NCBI GenBank assembly: GCA_965204735.1
Contig: OZ242008.1
Coordinates: 2,208,001-2,272,000 of the forward strand
DNA length: 64,000 nt
Source: Longimicrobiales bacterium
GTDB taxonomy: Bacteria > Gemmatimonadota > Gemmatimonadetes > Longimicrobiales > Gaopeijiaceae
Reading direction: 5' to 3'
Part shown: piece by piece, positions 19,680 to 30,300 of the stretch
How the letters are laid out: each line of letters begins with the position of its first letter
How positions within the stretch are numbered: the stretch's first letter is position 1
Notes under the pieces: model-generated
Databases searched by the model: none
Seen by the model: only the letters and a program-made list of their open reading frames with translations
What the model was told of the DNA's origin: nothing
Translations under genes and position numbers: made by a program

Positions 19680-22163
19680 ATGGCCACGCTCCACAGGGTA
19701 GACGGCTCCTTCGACATTCCCGACGCGCTTCCGTTCATCGCGCTTCGCGACCTGGTCTACTTCCCCTACATGGTCGTGCCCCTGCTCGTCGGACGGCCTC
19801 CGTCGGTGGCGGCGCTGGAGGATGCCGAGGCCGGCGACGGTCTCGCGCTCCTCGTGGCCCAGCGGGATCCGGCGGTGGACGCCCCCGGGCCGGAAGACCT
19901 CTTCCAGGCGGGCACGGTGATTCGGGTCCTGCGGTCGTCCAGGCTGGCCGACGGGACGGCGCGCGTGGTCATGGAGGGGTTGGGGCGGGCCGCCGTGGAG
20001 CGCTGGCCGGAGGAGGGGGACGACTCGGGGCGTCGCGCCGGCGTGCGGCTGCTGTCGTCGTGGGAGAGGGAGAGGGAGGAGGAGCGCGTCGCCGCGAGCG
20101 GCGTAGCCGAGCTGGGCGCGCTGGTCGAGGACGTGGAGCGCGCCTTCCGCAAGTACGTGCAGATGTCGGAGAACGTCCCGGACCAGGTCGCGGAGCTGGT
20201 GGCGGCGGACTCGGACCGGGTGCGCCGGTCCCTTCTGATGGCGGGACACCTGCTGGTGGGCACCGCCGAGAAGCAGGAGCTCCTCGAGACCCGCGACTGG
20301 GAGGCGCGGTACCGGGTCCTGCGCGAGATCCTGGTTCGGGAGAACGAGATACTGCGGGTCCACGCCAAGCTGGACGCCGAGATCGGCTTCAGGCTGGAAG
20401 GGGGAGCGGGGCGGCACCCCCTGGACGATCCGCTGAGCGCTCTGCGGCGTCCGGCCCCCGACGCGGACCCGGAGTGGGCCGAGCTGGAGCGGACGATCGC
20501 GACGACTCCCCTGCCCGCCCACGCCAGGGATCGGGTCGAGAAGGAGTTCAAGCGGCTGAGGAAGCTCAGCTCGGTCGCCCCCGAGGCTTCGGTGATCCGC
20601 GGCTACCTGGACTGGATCCTGGCGCTCCCTTGGGAGGGCGAGACTCGGGACAACCTGGACGTGAAGCACGCGGCGGCAGTGCTGGAGGCGGAGCATCACG
20701 GACTGGAAGAGGTCAAGGAGCGGGTCCTGGACCACATCGCCGTGCTCTCGCTGGTGGGCAAGCTGCAGGGGCCGATCCTTTGCCTCGTGGGGCCGCCGGG
20801 CGTGGGCAAGACGTCGCTGGGCAGGAGCATCGCCCGTTGCCTGGACCGGAAGTTCGTCCGGGTCAGCCTGGGCGGGGTGCGCGACGAGGCCGAGATACGA
20901 GGCCATCGGCGCACCTACGTGGGCGCGCTGCCGGGAAGGGTCTTGCAGGGGATGCGGAAAGGGGGCGCGCGCAACCCGGTGTTCCTTCTGGACGAGGTGG
21001 ACAAGCTCGCCCGCGACTTTCACGGGGACCCCGGGGCGGCGCTCCTGGAGGTGCTGGACCCGGAGCAGAACCGCGCGTTCACGGACCACTACCTGGAGCT
21101 GGAGTTCGACCTGTCGGACGTGCTCTTCGTGGCCACCGCCAACACGCTGGGAGGGATTCCCGGCCCGCTTCGGGACCGGATGGAGGTGATCCGCCTGCCC
21201 GGCTACCTGGACACGGAGAAGCGGACGATCGCACGGCGCTTCATCTGGCCCCGGCAGGTGGAGCGGCACGGCCTGGGGTCTTCCGGCCCCGAGATCACCG
21301 AGGAGGCGGTGCAGGCGGTCGTGACTCGGTACACCCGGGAGGCCGGGGTGCGGGAGCTGGAGAGGCGGCTGTCGCGGATCGCGCGGAAGCTGGCCCGAGG
21401 GGTGGCGGCGAAGGGCGCGGCGGCGGCGCCGAGGGTGATCGAGGAGAAGGACTTGGCGGAGCTGCTCGGTCCCCCGCCCCGCCAACCTCCGAGGCGGGAG
21501 GAAGGCAAGGATCGGTCCGGGATCGCGTGCGGCCTGGCGTGGACGGCGGCGGGCGGCGAAGTGCTGGAGGTGGAGGTGGCGGCGGTGGCGGGCTCGGGGA
21601 AGATCCAGCTGACGGGCACGCTGGGCGACGTGATGAAGGAGTCGGCGTTCGCGGCGGTCACCTACGCCCGCTCCAGGGCGAGGCGGCTGGGGTTGCCGGA
21701 GCAGTTCCACAAGGAGCTGGACCTCCACATCCACATCCCGGAGGGCGCCACGCCCAAGGACGGGCCGTCGGCGGGGATCACGATCGCGGTGGCCCTGATC
21801 TCGGCGCTCACGGACGCGGCGACGCGCGCCGACGTGGCGATGACCGGCGAGATCACCCTGCGGGGCCGGGTGCTGGCCGTGGGCGGGATCAAGGAAAAGG
21901 CCGTGGCGGCGCTTCGCGGGGGGATCAAGCGAGTGCTGCTGCCGGCCGCCAACGCCCTGGAGATCGAGCAGCTTCCAGAAGAGGTCCGGGACGGAGTCGA
22001 GATGGTGCCCCTGGACACGATGGACCAAGTGCTGGGAGAGGCGCTGGCGCGGCCTCGCGGTCGGGGTGCGCGGGAAGCCGCGGCCTCGTCCCGGGCGCGG
22101 GAGGGGTCGGAAGCGGCGACGGGCTTGCCGGGGCCGGGAGGCATGGGTGCTGCCGTCTCGTGA
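19680..22163 (+). CDS. lon: Lon protease (endopeptidase La)
   Basis: GPPGVGKTS, DEAEIRGHRRTYVGALPG, catalytic PKDGPSAG and GGIKEK. Confidence 0.98.
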   Translation: MATLHRVDGSFDIPDALPFIALRDLVYFPYMVVPLLVGRPPSVAALEDAEAGDGLALLVAQRDPAVDAPGPEDLFQAGTVIRVLRSSRLADGTARVVMEGLGRAAVERWPEEGDDSGRRAGVRLLSSWEREREEERVAASGVAELGALVEDVERAFRKYVQMSENVPDQVAELVAADSDRVRRSLLMAGHLLVGTAEKQELLETRDWEARYRVLREILVRENEILRVHAKLDAEIGFRLEGGAGRHPLDDPLSALRRPAPDADPEWAELERTIATTPLPAHARDRVEKEFKRLRKLSSVAPEASVIRGYLDWILALPWEGETRDNLDVKHAAAVLEAEHHGLEEVKERVLDHIAVLSLVGKLQGPILCLVGPPGVGKTSLGRSIARCLDRKFVRVSLGGVRDEAEIRGHRRTYVGALPGRVLQGMRKGGARNPVFLLDEVDKLARDFHGDPGAALLEVLDPEQNRAFTDHYLELEFDLSDVLFVATANTLGGIPGPLRDRMEVIRLPGYLDTEKRTIARRFIWPRQVERHGLGSSGPEITEEAVQAVVTRYTREAGVRELERRLSRIARKLARGVAAKGAAAAPRVIEEKDLAELLGPPPRQPPRREEGKDRSGIACGLAWTAAGGEVLEVEVAAVAGSGKIQLTGTLGDVMKESAFAAVTYARSRARRLGLPEQFHKELDLHIHIPEGATPKDGPSAGITIAVALISALTDAATRADVAMTGEITLRGRVLAVGGIKEKAVAALRGGIKRVLLPAANALEIEQLPEEVRDGVEMVPLDTMDQVLGEALARPRGRGAREAAASSRAREGSEAATGLPGPGGMGAAVS

Positions 22164-22211
22164 GGAGCGGACCGGGCGGCCGAGGGGTTCGGCGGCAGGA
22201 GGGGCCGGCTG

Positions 22212-22811
22212 GTGATCGTCCGCACCGTGGAGTTCGCCGGGTCGGTCGTGGCGCCGGGGCAACCGCTGCCGGGCGAGCTGCCGCAGATCGCCTTCGCGGG
22301 ACGCTCCAACGTGGGCAAGTCGTCCCTCGTGAACCGGCTGCTGGGGCGGACGCGACGCGGCGTGGCGCGGGTGTCGGCGTCGCCCGGCAAGACGCAGGCC
22401 CTCAACTTCTACCGGGTCAACGAGGCGTTCTTCCTGGTCGACCTGCCCGGGTCGGGGTACGCCAAGGCGCCCAGCTCCGTTCGCGATCGGTGGCGGCGGC
22501 TGGTCCGGGAGTACTTGGTGGGCAGTCGGTCGCTCAAGGGGGTCGCGTATCTGGTGGATTCCCGCCATCCGCCCACGGCCGGCGACTGCGAGTTCGTCGA
22601 GTACTTGGCGGAGACAGGAGTGCCGACGTTGCTTGTTCTCACGAAGGTGGACAAGTTGAAGCTTCGGCAGCGGGAGGCCGGCCTTGCCGGCCCGGTTGCG
22701 GGTTGCCTCGGCGTCGGAGAGGAGCAGGTCGTGGAGAGTTCGGCTCGAACGGGCGAAGGCGCTGCGGAGCTGCTGGAGGCGATGGAAGCTTTGCTGGAGG
22801 ACGGATCGTGA
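22212..22811 (+). CDS. engB: Ribosome biogenesis GTP-binding protein YihA/YsxC
   Basis: GRSNVGKSS, PGKT, DLPG, TKVDK; follows lon. Confidence 0.96.
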   Translation: MIVRTVEFAGSVVAPGQPLPGELPQIAFAGRSNVGKSSLVNRLLGRTRRGVARVSASPGKTQALNFYRVNEAFFLVDLPGSGYAKAPSSVRDRWRRLVREYLVGSRSLKGVAYLVDSRHPPTAGDCEFVEYLAETGVPTLLVLTKVDKLKLRQREAGLAGPVAGCLGVGEEQVVESSARTGEGAAELLEAMEALLEDGS

Positions 22812-23464
22812 GAACGCTGTTGTCGGGCGGGGCGCGCGGAGTCGCGGCGTTTCTCGCGACGGCCCTGCTGGCCGGCTGCTCCCCCGCCCGCCCGCTCGGG
22901 GCGCCCTCCCCCGACGCCTTGGCCCCGGCGCTTGCGTCTCGGCCGGCGGCGGGCGAGGTCGTTGCGGGCCGCTCCGGGTCGCTGCGCCAGGACGAGATCT
23001 CGGTGCGGATGAGGTCGGGCGACCTGCGGATCGAGGTCACCCCCTTGGCCGCTCGCGTCCTGGAGGCGGCGGCGCCGGACGCGCGGCGGCGGCTGGAACG
23101 GATCGCGGCCGCGCACCGGCCGAAGCTGGGCGGAGGCACGCGCGGGGAGGAGCCGATGCTCTTTCTGGTGACGTTCTCGACGGACCGTTCCGCGGCGACC
23201 TTCGAGCCGGGCGACCTGCACATGATCTCGCGAGGGTTGCGGGAGAGGCCGCTGTCCGTGGACCCGATCACGCCCAACTGGGGAGATCGGCGGATCCCTC
23301 AGCGCGGAGCGGCGTTGGCCGTCTACGCCTACCGGAGCGTGGTGGACCTCTCGCGGGAGCTGATCGTGGCGTACCAGGGCGACGAGGACTCTTCGTGGGC
23401 CGGCATCCTTGCGGCGGTCGAGGCGGAGCGCGGACGAACCCCGATCGCCTCGAGGACATCGTGA
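22808..23464 (+). CDS. Hypothetical lipoprotein
   Basis: GTG overlaps the engB stop; lipobox LLAGC; its own stop overlaps the next start. It is the C-terminal part of track ORF 20060..23464. Confidence 0.7.
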   Translation: MRTLLSGGARGVAAFLATALLAGCSPARPLGAPSPDALAPALASRPAAGEVVAGRSGSLRQDEISVRMRSGDLRIEVTPLAARVLEAAAPDARRRLERIAAAHRPKLGGGTRGEEPMLFLVTFSTDRSAATFEPGDLHMISRGLRERPLSVDPITPNWGDRRIPQRGAALAVYAYRSVVDLSRELIVAYQGDEDSSWAGILAAVEAERGRTPIASRTS

Positions 23465-24300
23465 AGCGGCGCGGTGGGCCGGGGGCGGCGCTTGCTGCGG
23501 CAGGCGGGCGGGCGCGTCGCCGGCGCGGTGGGCCGGGAGCGGCACTTGCTGCGGCGGGAGTCGCCGTGGTCGCGGCGGCGGGACCGGCCGAGGCCCAGTG
23601 GAGCACGACAGAGGTTCATTACCAGGGGGGCAGCGCCCTGCGCGATCACCCCGTGAGCCCGACGGGGTTCCAGCACATCCTGACCTTCCAGCATGCCAGC
23701 GGGTGGAGCCGCGGCGAGAACTTCTTCTTCGTGGACATGAGCTGCTGCGAGGGCGCGGGGATCGCGAACCGTGACATCTACGGCGAGTGGTACACCTACC
23801 TGAGCGCGGTCGCCTTCTCCGAAGGAGCGATCCGGAGCGTCGGGCCGATCGGCGGCGTCAACTGGGGCGCCCAGGCCAAGGTGCTCAAGTTCACGCCGGG
23901 AGTGCGGCTGGCCATGAACCTGCCCGGCTTCGCGTTCGCCAACATCGACTACACGTTCGTGGTCGACCGGAGCGCCGGGCTGGAGGACGGCGGGGCGCCC
24001 AAGACCGGCAACAGCCACATCGTGGACTTCAACTGGGCGTTGCCCTTCGATGTCGGCGGCGCGTCGTTCTCCTTGGAGGGCCACGGAGAGTGGCAGAGCG
24101 GCCGGGACGTGGAGACCGGCGAGCGCGCGCCGTACTGGGTGCTGCTCCAGCCTCAGCTTCGATGGGACGTGGGCAAGTCCGTGTCGGGAAGCGAGGGGAG
24201 GATCTTCGTGGGCACCGAGTTCCACGTCTGGCTGAACAAGTACGGCGCCGAGGACGCCGACGAAGTGATCCCCCAGCTGCTGGCGGTGTTCAGGTTCTGA
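23461..24300 (+). CDS. Tsx-like nucleoside-specific outer-membrane channel (DUF5020-like)
   Basis: Signal ending AEA-Q; ILTFQHASGW..GENFFFVD, IYGEWY, LQPQLRWDVG, VGTEFHVWLNKYG; terminal FRF. Confidence 0.8.
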   Translation: MKRRGGPGAALAAAGGRARRRRGGPGAALAAAGVAVVAAAGPAEAQWSTTEVHYQGGSALRDHPVSPTGFQHILTFQHASGWSRGENFFFVDMSCCEGAGIANRDIYGEWYTYLSAVAFSEGAIRSVGPIGGVNWGAQAKVLKFTPGVRLAMNLPGFAFANIDYTFVVDRSAGLEDGGAPKTGNSHIVDFNWALPFDVGGASFSLEGHGEWQSGRDVETGERAPYWVLLQPQLRWDVGKSVSGSEGRIFVGTEFHVWLNKYGAEDADEVIPQLLAVFRF

Positions 24301-24355
24301 CCCCGTCCCTTGTCGACTCCAGCACAGGCTCCAGTGTCTGCTGTGCTAGGCTCGG

Positions 24356-27300
24356 CTAGTCAAAGGCGATCCTGCCGACGAGTCCGACGCGGCGTTCCGG
24401 GGGCTGGAGTCCGTCGGCCGCCTGCTCGCCGAAGAAGTCCATCACCAGGCGGAGGCCGGGGGCCTGCTGCTCGGCGGTCTCGCCGCCCAGCATCGCCCAC
24501 TGGGTCCCCACGTTCAGGCGGTAGCCGGCCGCGCCCTCGCGGCTCCAGCGACCGAACGGCTTGACCTGGCCGCCGCCGGGCAGCAGAACGCCGTAGCCCA
24601 CCTGCATCGCCAGGCGGGACGGCGTCCAGCCTCGTGCGTTCTGGGGCGCTCCGAAGCCGTGGGCGGACGGGAAGCCGTGGGCCGGCACGGCGCCGGGGCT
24701 CGGGGGACCGCCTTGACCGGTGGCGCCGCCGTAGCCGGCTTGGTCGCCGCTGGCGGGCACGCCGCTGCCGGGCTGCGCCGACGGGCCCAGGCCCGGCACG
24801 CCCGCGCTCCGCCACACGTCGTCGCCGCCCTGCCACAACGTCTGCGCGCCGCCCGAGGCATTGCCCCACGACGGCTCCAGCGAGAACGACAGCCCGCCGT
24901 CTTCGCGGCCGGGCTGGATACGCAGCGCCACTGCCGCGCCCCAATCCTTGAAGTTCCGGTCCTGGTGGATCAGCAGCATCCGGCCACGGGCGTCCAGGCT
25001 CAACCCGCTGCCCGCGTGCGTGAAGCCCAGCTCGGCGCCCGCCTCGGCGCCCATCCCCGTCTCCGCGTCGCCCCGATCGTAGCGACCGCCCACCTCGATG
25101 CGCGTGCGCATGGCCACGCCGCCGCTCGTCCACTGCCCGCCCAGCTCGGGCGCCAGCCGCACACGCTGCGCGTCGGCCGTCACCGCCGCCACGTGCACGT
25201 CCGACGCGTCCGTCATCATCCGCACCGCGAAAGCGTCGGCCTTCAGCGCCAAGCCGCCCACCAGCTTCTGGCGCACGCCCAGCGCGCCCATCCGCATCCG
25301 CAGGTCGGCGTCGTAGGTCGGACCCTGCTCGCCCACGTTGGCGGCACCCATTCCCGCACCCGCCAAGCCCCATATCCCGAAGCCGCCCTGCGACGACCAG
25401 CTCAGGTAGGGGTAGAGGCTGGTCAGGTGAGCCTTCGTCTTGCCCGCGCCGTTGATCCCGCTCTCGTAGTTCGCCGCCACGTCGCTGCGCGAGCCGGCCA
25501 CGCCCATCAAGAAGCCCGAGCCGAAGCGGTAGTCCAGACCCACGTACGCCGAGCGGGTGCGGCCGTCCATGGCGAAGTCGTCTTCGGGACGGCCCTCGAA
25601 TTCGCCCACGTTGGCCTGGCCCCACAGCGTCCAGCCGGCCTGGGAGGCCGCCTGCGCCGGGGATGCGTCGGGCGAGCCGCTGGCGGCATCGGCGTCGGCG
25701 CCGCCCTGGCCGTCGGGCGAGCCGCCACCGAAGGAGAGCTGGAACGAGCTCCGGGAGCGGAGGTCGCGGCCTGTCAGCGGGCTGAATGCGACGCCGCCGC
25801 GGGTGCGCTCGGCGCGGCCCGCATCCTCTTCCCGCTGGCCCTGGTACGAGCCGCCCAAGCCGAGGGTGCCGCTCGGAGCGCCGCCCAAGCCCGTCGCGCC
25901 GTCGCCGAAGAAGATGGCGGCCAAGTCCAGCGTCCCGCTCGGGATGCCGCCGGGTCCCGACCCGGTGCCCGGATGCGTGATCTGGAACCCGAGCAGGCCC
26001 GTTGCGTCCCGCACCAGCGACTCGAGTCCGCAACGGCCGCCCGAGACGCCCCCGCCCAAGCCCGCGCCGCCTTCGTCCGGGCCAGCGTGGGCCGATGCCG
26101 TCCTGGCGTGGGCCGACTCGCCCTGGCCTTGGTCCGCACCGCCTTGGCCCGAACCGCCATGGCCCGAGGCCGAGGCGCCCTGGCCCGACTTGCCCTGGCC
26201 CTGGTCCGCACCGGCTGGGCCTGCGGCTGCGCCACCAGCCGCGCCACCGGCTCCGAACGCACGGACCGAGGCCGTGCCGCTGGACACGCCGCCCGCGCCA
26301 CGGCCGCCGCCAAACGCGACGCAGCTCAGCGAGCGCCCGCCCAGCTGCACGTGCGAACGGCCCAGCGAACCCGACGACTCCAACCCCAACCGACCGCCGA
26401 TCGCGTCCACCGTCTCCGTGCCCAGCGACCGTCCGAACGCCGCCAGCGTCAGCTTCAACGCACGCGCCCGATCCGAACGCGACGCCGACACCGTCACGCT
26501 CGCCTGCTGCGTCGCCGTCAAGCCGCCCGCGTCCGTCGCCGTCACCGTCACCGTCGCCGCGCCGATCGCCTGCGGCGCCACCGACAACCGCCCCGCGCCC
26601 GACACCGACGCCGCCGCCACGTCCGGCGACGACGACACCACCACGTAGCTCAGCGCGTCGCCGTCCGGGTCACGGAAGTACTCGCCCAGACCCACCTCCC
26701 ACGGCGCGCCGCCCACCTCCAGCACCGGCGGCGACAGCGAGCCCACCGCCTCCGGCCCCTCGTTCACGTCCAGCAGCGTCACCACGACCGCCGCCTCCGC
26801 CGTCAGACCGCCCGCGTCCGTCACCCGCACCGTCAGCGCGAACTCCGGCGGACCGTCCTCGTAGTTCTCGCCGGCGCCTACGTAGCGCACCTGCCCGCTC
26901 GCGCCGTCCACCTGGAAGCGGCCCGCGTCGCCCTGCGCCAAGCTGTACGTCAGCGCGTCGTCGCGGTCCGGGTCCGTCGCCTCGACCCGTCCCAGCTCCC
27001 GAGGCCCGCGCACGTTCTCCGCCAGCTCGAACGCATATGCGGAGTCCGCGAACGCGGGCGCCTCGTTCACGTCCAGCAGCACCACCTTCACCTTCGCCAC
27101 CGCCGCCAGTCCCGCCCGGTCCGTCGCCACCACCTCGAACTCCCAGCCCTCTGGACCCGTCTCCGCGTCCTCGCCAGCGCCCACGTACCGCACCACGCCG
27201 CTCGACTCGCCCACGTCGAACAGCGCCGCGCCCGCGCCGCTCAAGCTGTAGCGCAGCGTGTCGCCAGCGTCCACGTCCGTCGCCTCGACCGCGCCGAGCT

Positions 27301-30300
27301 CGACCGGGCCCGCCACGTGCTCCGCCAACTCCCACTCCCAGATCGGCTCCACGAACACCGGGCCCTCGTTCCGGTCCTCGAGTGTCACCACCACACGCGC
27401 CCGCGCTGTGAGGCCGCCTCGGTCCGTCGCCGTCATTTCCAGCTCCCAGCTGCCCGGACCCGTCTCCGCATCCTCGCCGGACCCCACGTACCGCACCGCA
27501 CCGCTCGTCGCGTTCACCTTGAACCGCTCGGCGTCGCCCGCCGTCAGCGCGTACGACAGCCAGTCGCCGCCGTCCGGGTCCGTCGCCCGCACCTCGCCCA
27601 GCAGCAGCGGACCACGAGCGTTCTCCGCCAGATCGAAGGCGTACGCAGAGTCGGCGAACGCTGGCCCCTCGTTCACGTTCGTCAGCGCCACCGCCACGAC
27701 CGCCCGCGCGCTCGAACCCGCCAGGTCCGTCGCCGTCACCGCCAGCTCCCACGACTTCGGTCCCGCGCCCTCGTAGTCCTCGCCCGTCCCCACGTACCGC
27801 ACCTCGCCCGTCGCGCCGTCCACTTCGAAGCGGTCGGCGTCGCCCGACGCCAGCCGGTACGTCAGCGTGTCCCCCTCGTCCAGGTCCACCGCCTCCGCCA
27901 CGCCCAGCGCCAGCGGCCCGGCAGCGTTCTCCGCCATCGCGAAGGCGTAGCGCTCGGCCGTGAACACCGGCGCGTCGTTCACGTTCACCAGCCGCACCGT
28001 CACCGTCGCGTCGCCCGTCCGCTCTCCGTCGTCCGCCGTCGCGCGCACGATCATCACGAACTCCGAACGCGACTCCGCGTCCTCGCCCGTCCCCACGTAC
28101 CGCACCTCGCCGGTGCGAGCGTCGACCTCGAAGAGACCCTCGTCGCCCGCCGCCAGAGAGTACGTCACCTCGCCGCCGAAGGGGTCCGTCGCGCTCACCG
28201 TCCCCACCACCACCGGCCCCGACTCGTCCTCCGTCAGCTTGAACTCGTACTCCGCGCGACCGAACACCGGGTCCGTGCCTCCAGCCCCGTTCACCTGGTG
28301 CTCTTCGACGTTCTCCACCGCGTGGCCGCTCAAGTCCAGCGCCGCCGCCGTCGTGCCGCCCGCGATCCGCAGCGCGCCGCCTGCCGCCGTCAGCGCGTCG
28401 GCAGCGATGCTGATCCCGTCCTCGTCCCGGTCCGCAGGCTGCACCACGTACTCGAACACCAGCACCGGCGTGCCCGAGCCCGACACGTAGCTCGCGTGCC
28501 GCACGGCCGTTCCGATCTCGATCGCCAATCGCACGGGAGCGGTCGCAGCCGACATGTGGCCCGCCTGCTGCGGCGCCCCCGCCACCTCCACCGGTCGGCT
28601 GAACGTCACCGCCACCCGGATCACGCTGCGCGGACCGTACAGCCCGTTCGCGCCCGGCGTGCTCGTCACCGTCATCCCCACCACCGCCGGAACCGCCTCG
28701 ACCGTGCCGTCCACCTTGTCGTTCGCAGCCGCCGCGATCGCGTGGCTGCCCAACGCCAGAACCGCCGGACGAACCCCGTCCGCCGTGTTCACGATCGTCG
28801 CGCCGTTCAGCGTCAGCGCCGCAGCAGCCACGCCCACGCCGTCGGCGTCCGCGTCCACGCCGCCCGTGCCGCTGCCGCCACTGCCCGCGCCCTGCACGCG
28901 GTACGCGAACGACAGCGTCGCCGTGCCGCTGCCGCTGGCGTAGCTCGCCTGACGCGTCGCCGTGCCCACCGTCAGCGCCAGCTGCGGCGCGCCCGTCACC
29001 GTCACCGCACGGTCGAACGTCACCTGCACCTCGATCCGCTCGCCCAGGCCGTACGTGTCGCCGCTCTCCGGCGTGCTCGACACTGCGACGCCCGTCGCCG
29101 ACGCGCCCGCCAGCGTGCCGTCCACCTTGTGGCCCGCAGCAGCGCTCAACGCATGGCTGCCCAGTCCCAGAGCCGCTGCAGTCGTGCCGTTGCGGGCGTC
29201 AGCGATCGTCCCGCTGTTCAGCGCCAGCGCACTCGTGCCCACCTCGATCCCGTCGGTGTCGGCGTCCGCCTGCACCACCGTGTACCGGAACGTCAGCGTG
29301 TGCGTGCCCGTACCGCTCGCGTAGTCCGCCTGCCGCGTCTGCGCGCCCACCGTCAGCGCCACCTGCGGCGTGCCCGTCACGCTCACGCGACGGTTGAACG
29401 TCACCTGCACCTCGATCCGCTCGCCCCGACCGTACGTCGTCGCCACCGCCGGCGAACTCGTCAGCGACACGCCGCTCACCGACGCCGCCGTGAACGTCCC
29501 GCCCGCAACCTTGTGGCCCGAGCTGTTGCTCACCGCATGGGCGCCCAGCCCCAGAACGGCGTCCACCGTGCCGTTCGCCACGTCGATCGTCCCGCCGTTC
29601 AGCGCCAGCGCGCTCGCGCCGATGCTCAGCCCGTCGGCGTCCGCGTCCGCCGTCACCACCACGTACCGGAACACCAGCGACGCCGTGCCCGTCCCGCTCG
29701 CGTAGCTCGCCTGCTTCGTCACGGTCCCGATCGTCAGCGCCAGCTGCGGCGTGCCCGTCACGTCCACACCCTTGTTGAACGTCACCGTCGCGACCACCGT
29801 GTCGCCACGCTCGAACGTGTCGCCGATCGGCGGCGACGCGATCGACACGCCGCTCACCCCTGGCGGTCCCTGGGCGCCGTCCACGCGATGGGCCGCGTCG
29901 TTCGATATCGCGTGGCTGCCCAGCCCCAGGCTCGCTGCCGTCGTGCCGTCGCGGGCGTCGGCAATCGCGCCGCCGTTCAGCCCCAGTGCGCTCGCGCCGA
30001 TGCTGAGCCCGTTCGCGTCCGCGTCCCCAGCCACCACCTCGTACCGGAACGTCAGCTGCTTGCCGGCGGTCGCCGAGACGTACGCCGCTTGGCGGGTCTG
30101 CGAACCGATCGTCAGCGCCAGCTGCGGCGCGCCCGTCACCGTCACGTTGCGGTCGAACGTCACCTCGACCTCGATCTGCTCGCTCAACCCGTACGTGCCG
30201 CCGCCCGCCGGGCTGCTCGTGATCGACACCTCGCTCACCGACGACGCCGTGAACGTCCCGCCCGCGACGCGGCGCGCGCCGTCGTTGCCGATCGCGTGGT

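Noticed and set aside
24321..24347. Rho-independent terminator between the Tsx-like gene and adhesin A
   Set aside because: Only a 7-bp stem (AGCACAG/CTGTGCT) with a 13-nt loop and no U-tract; too weak to call.
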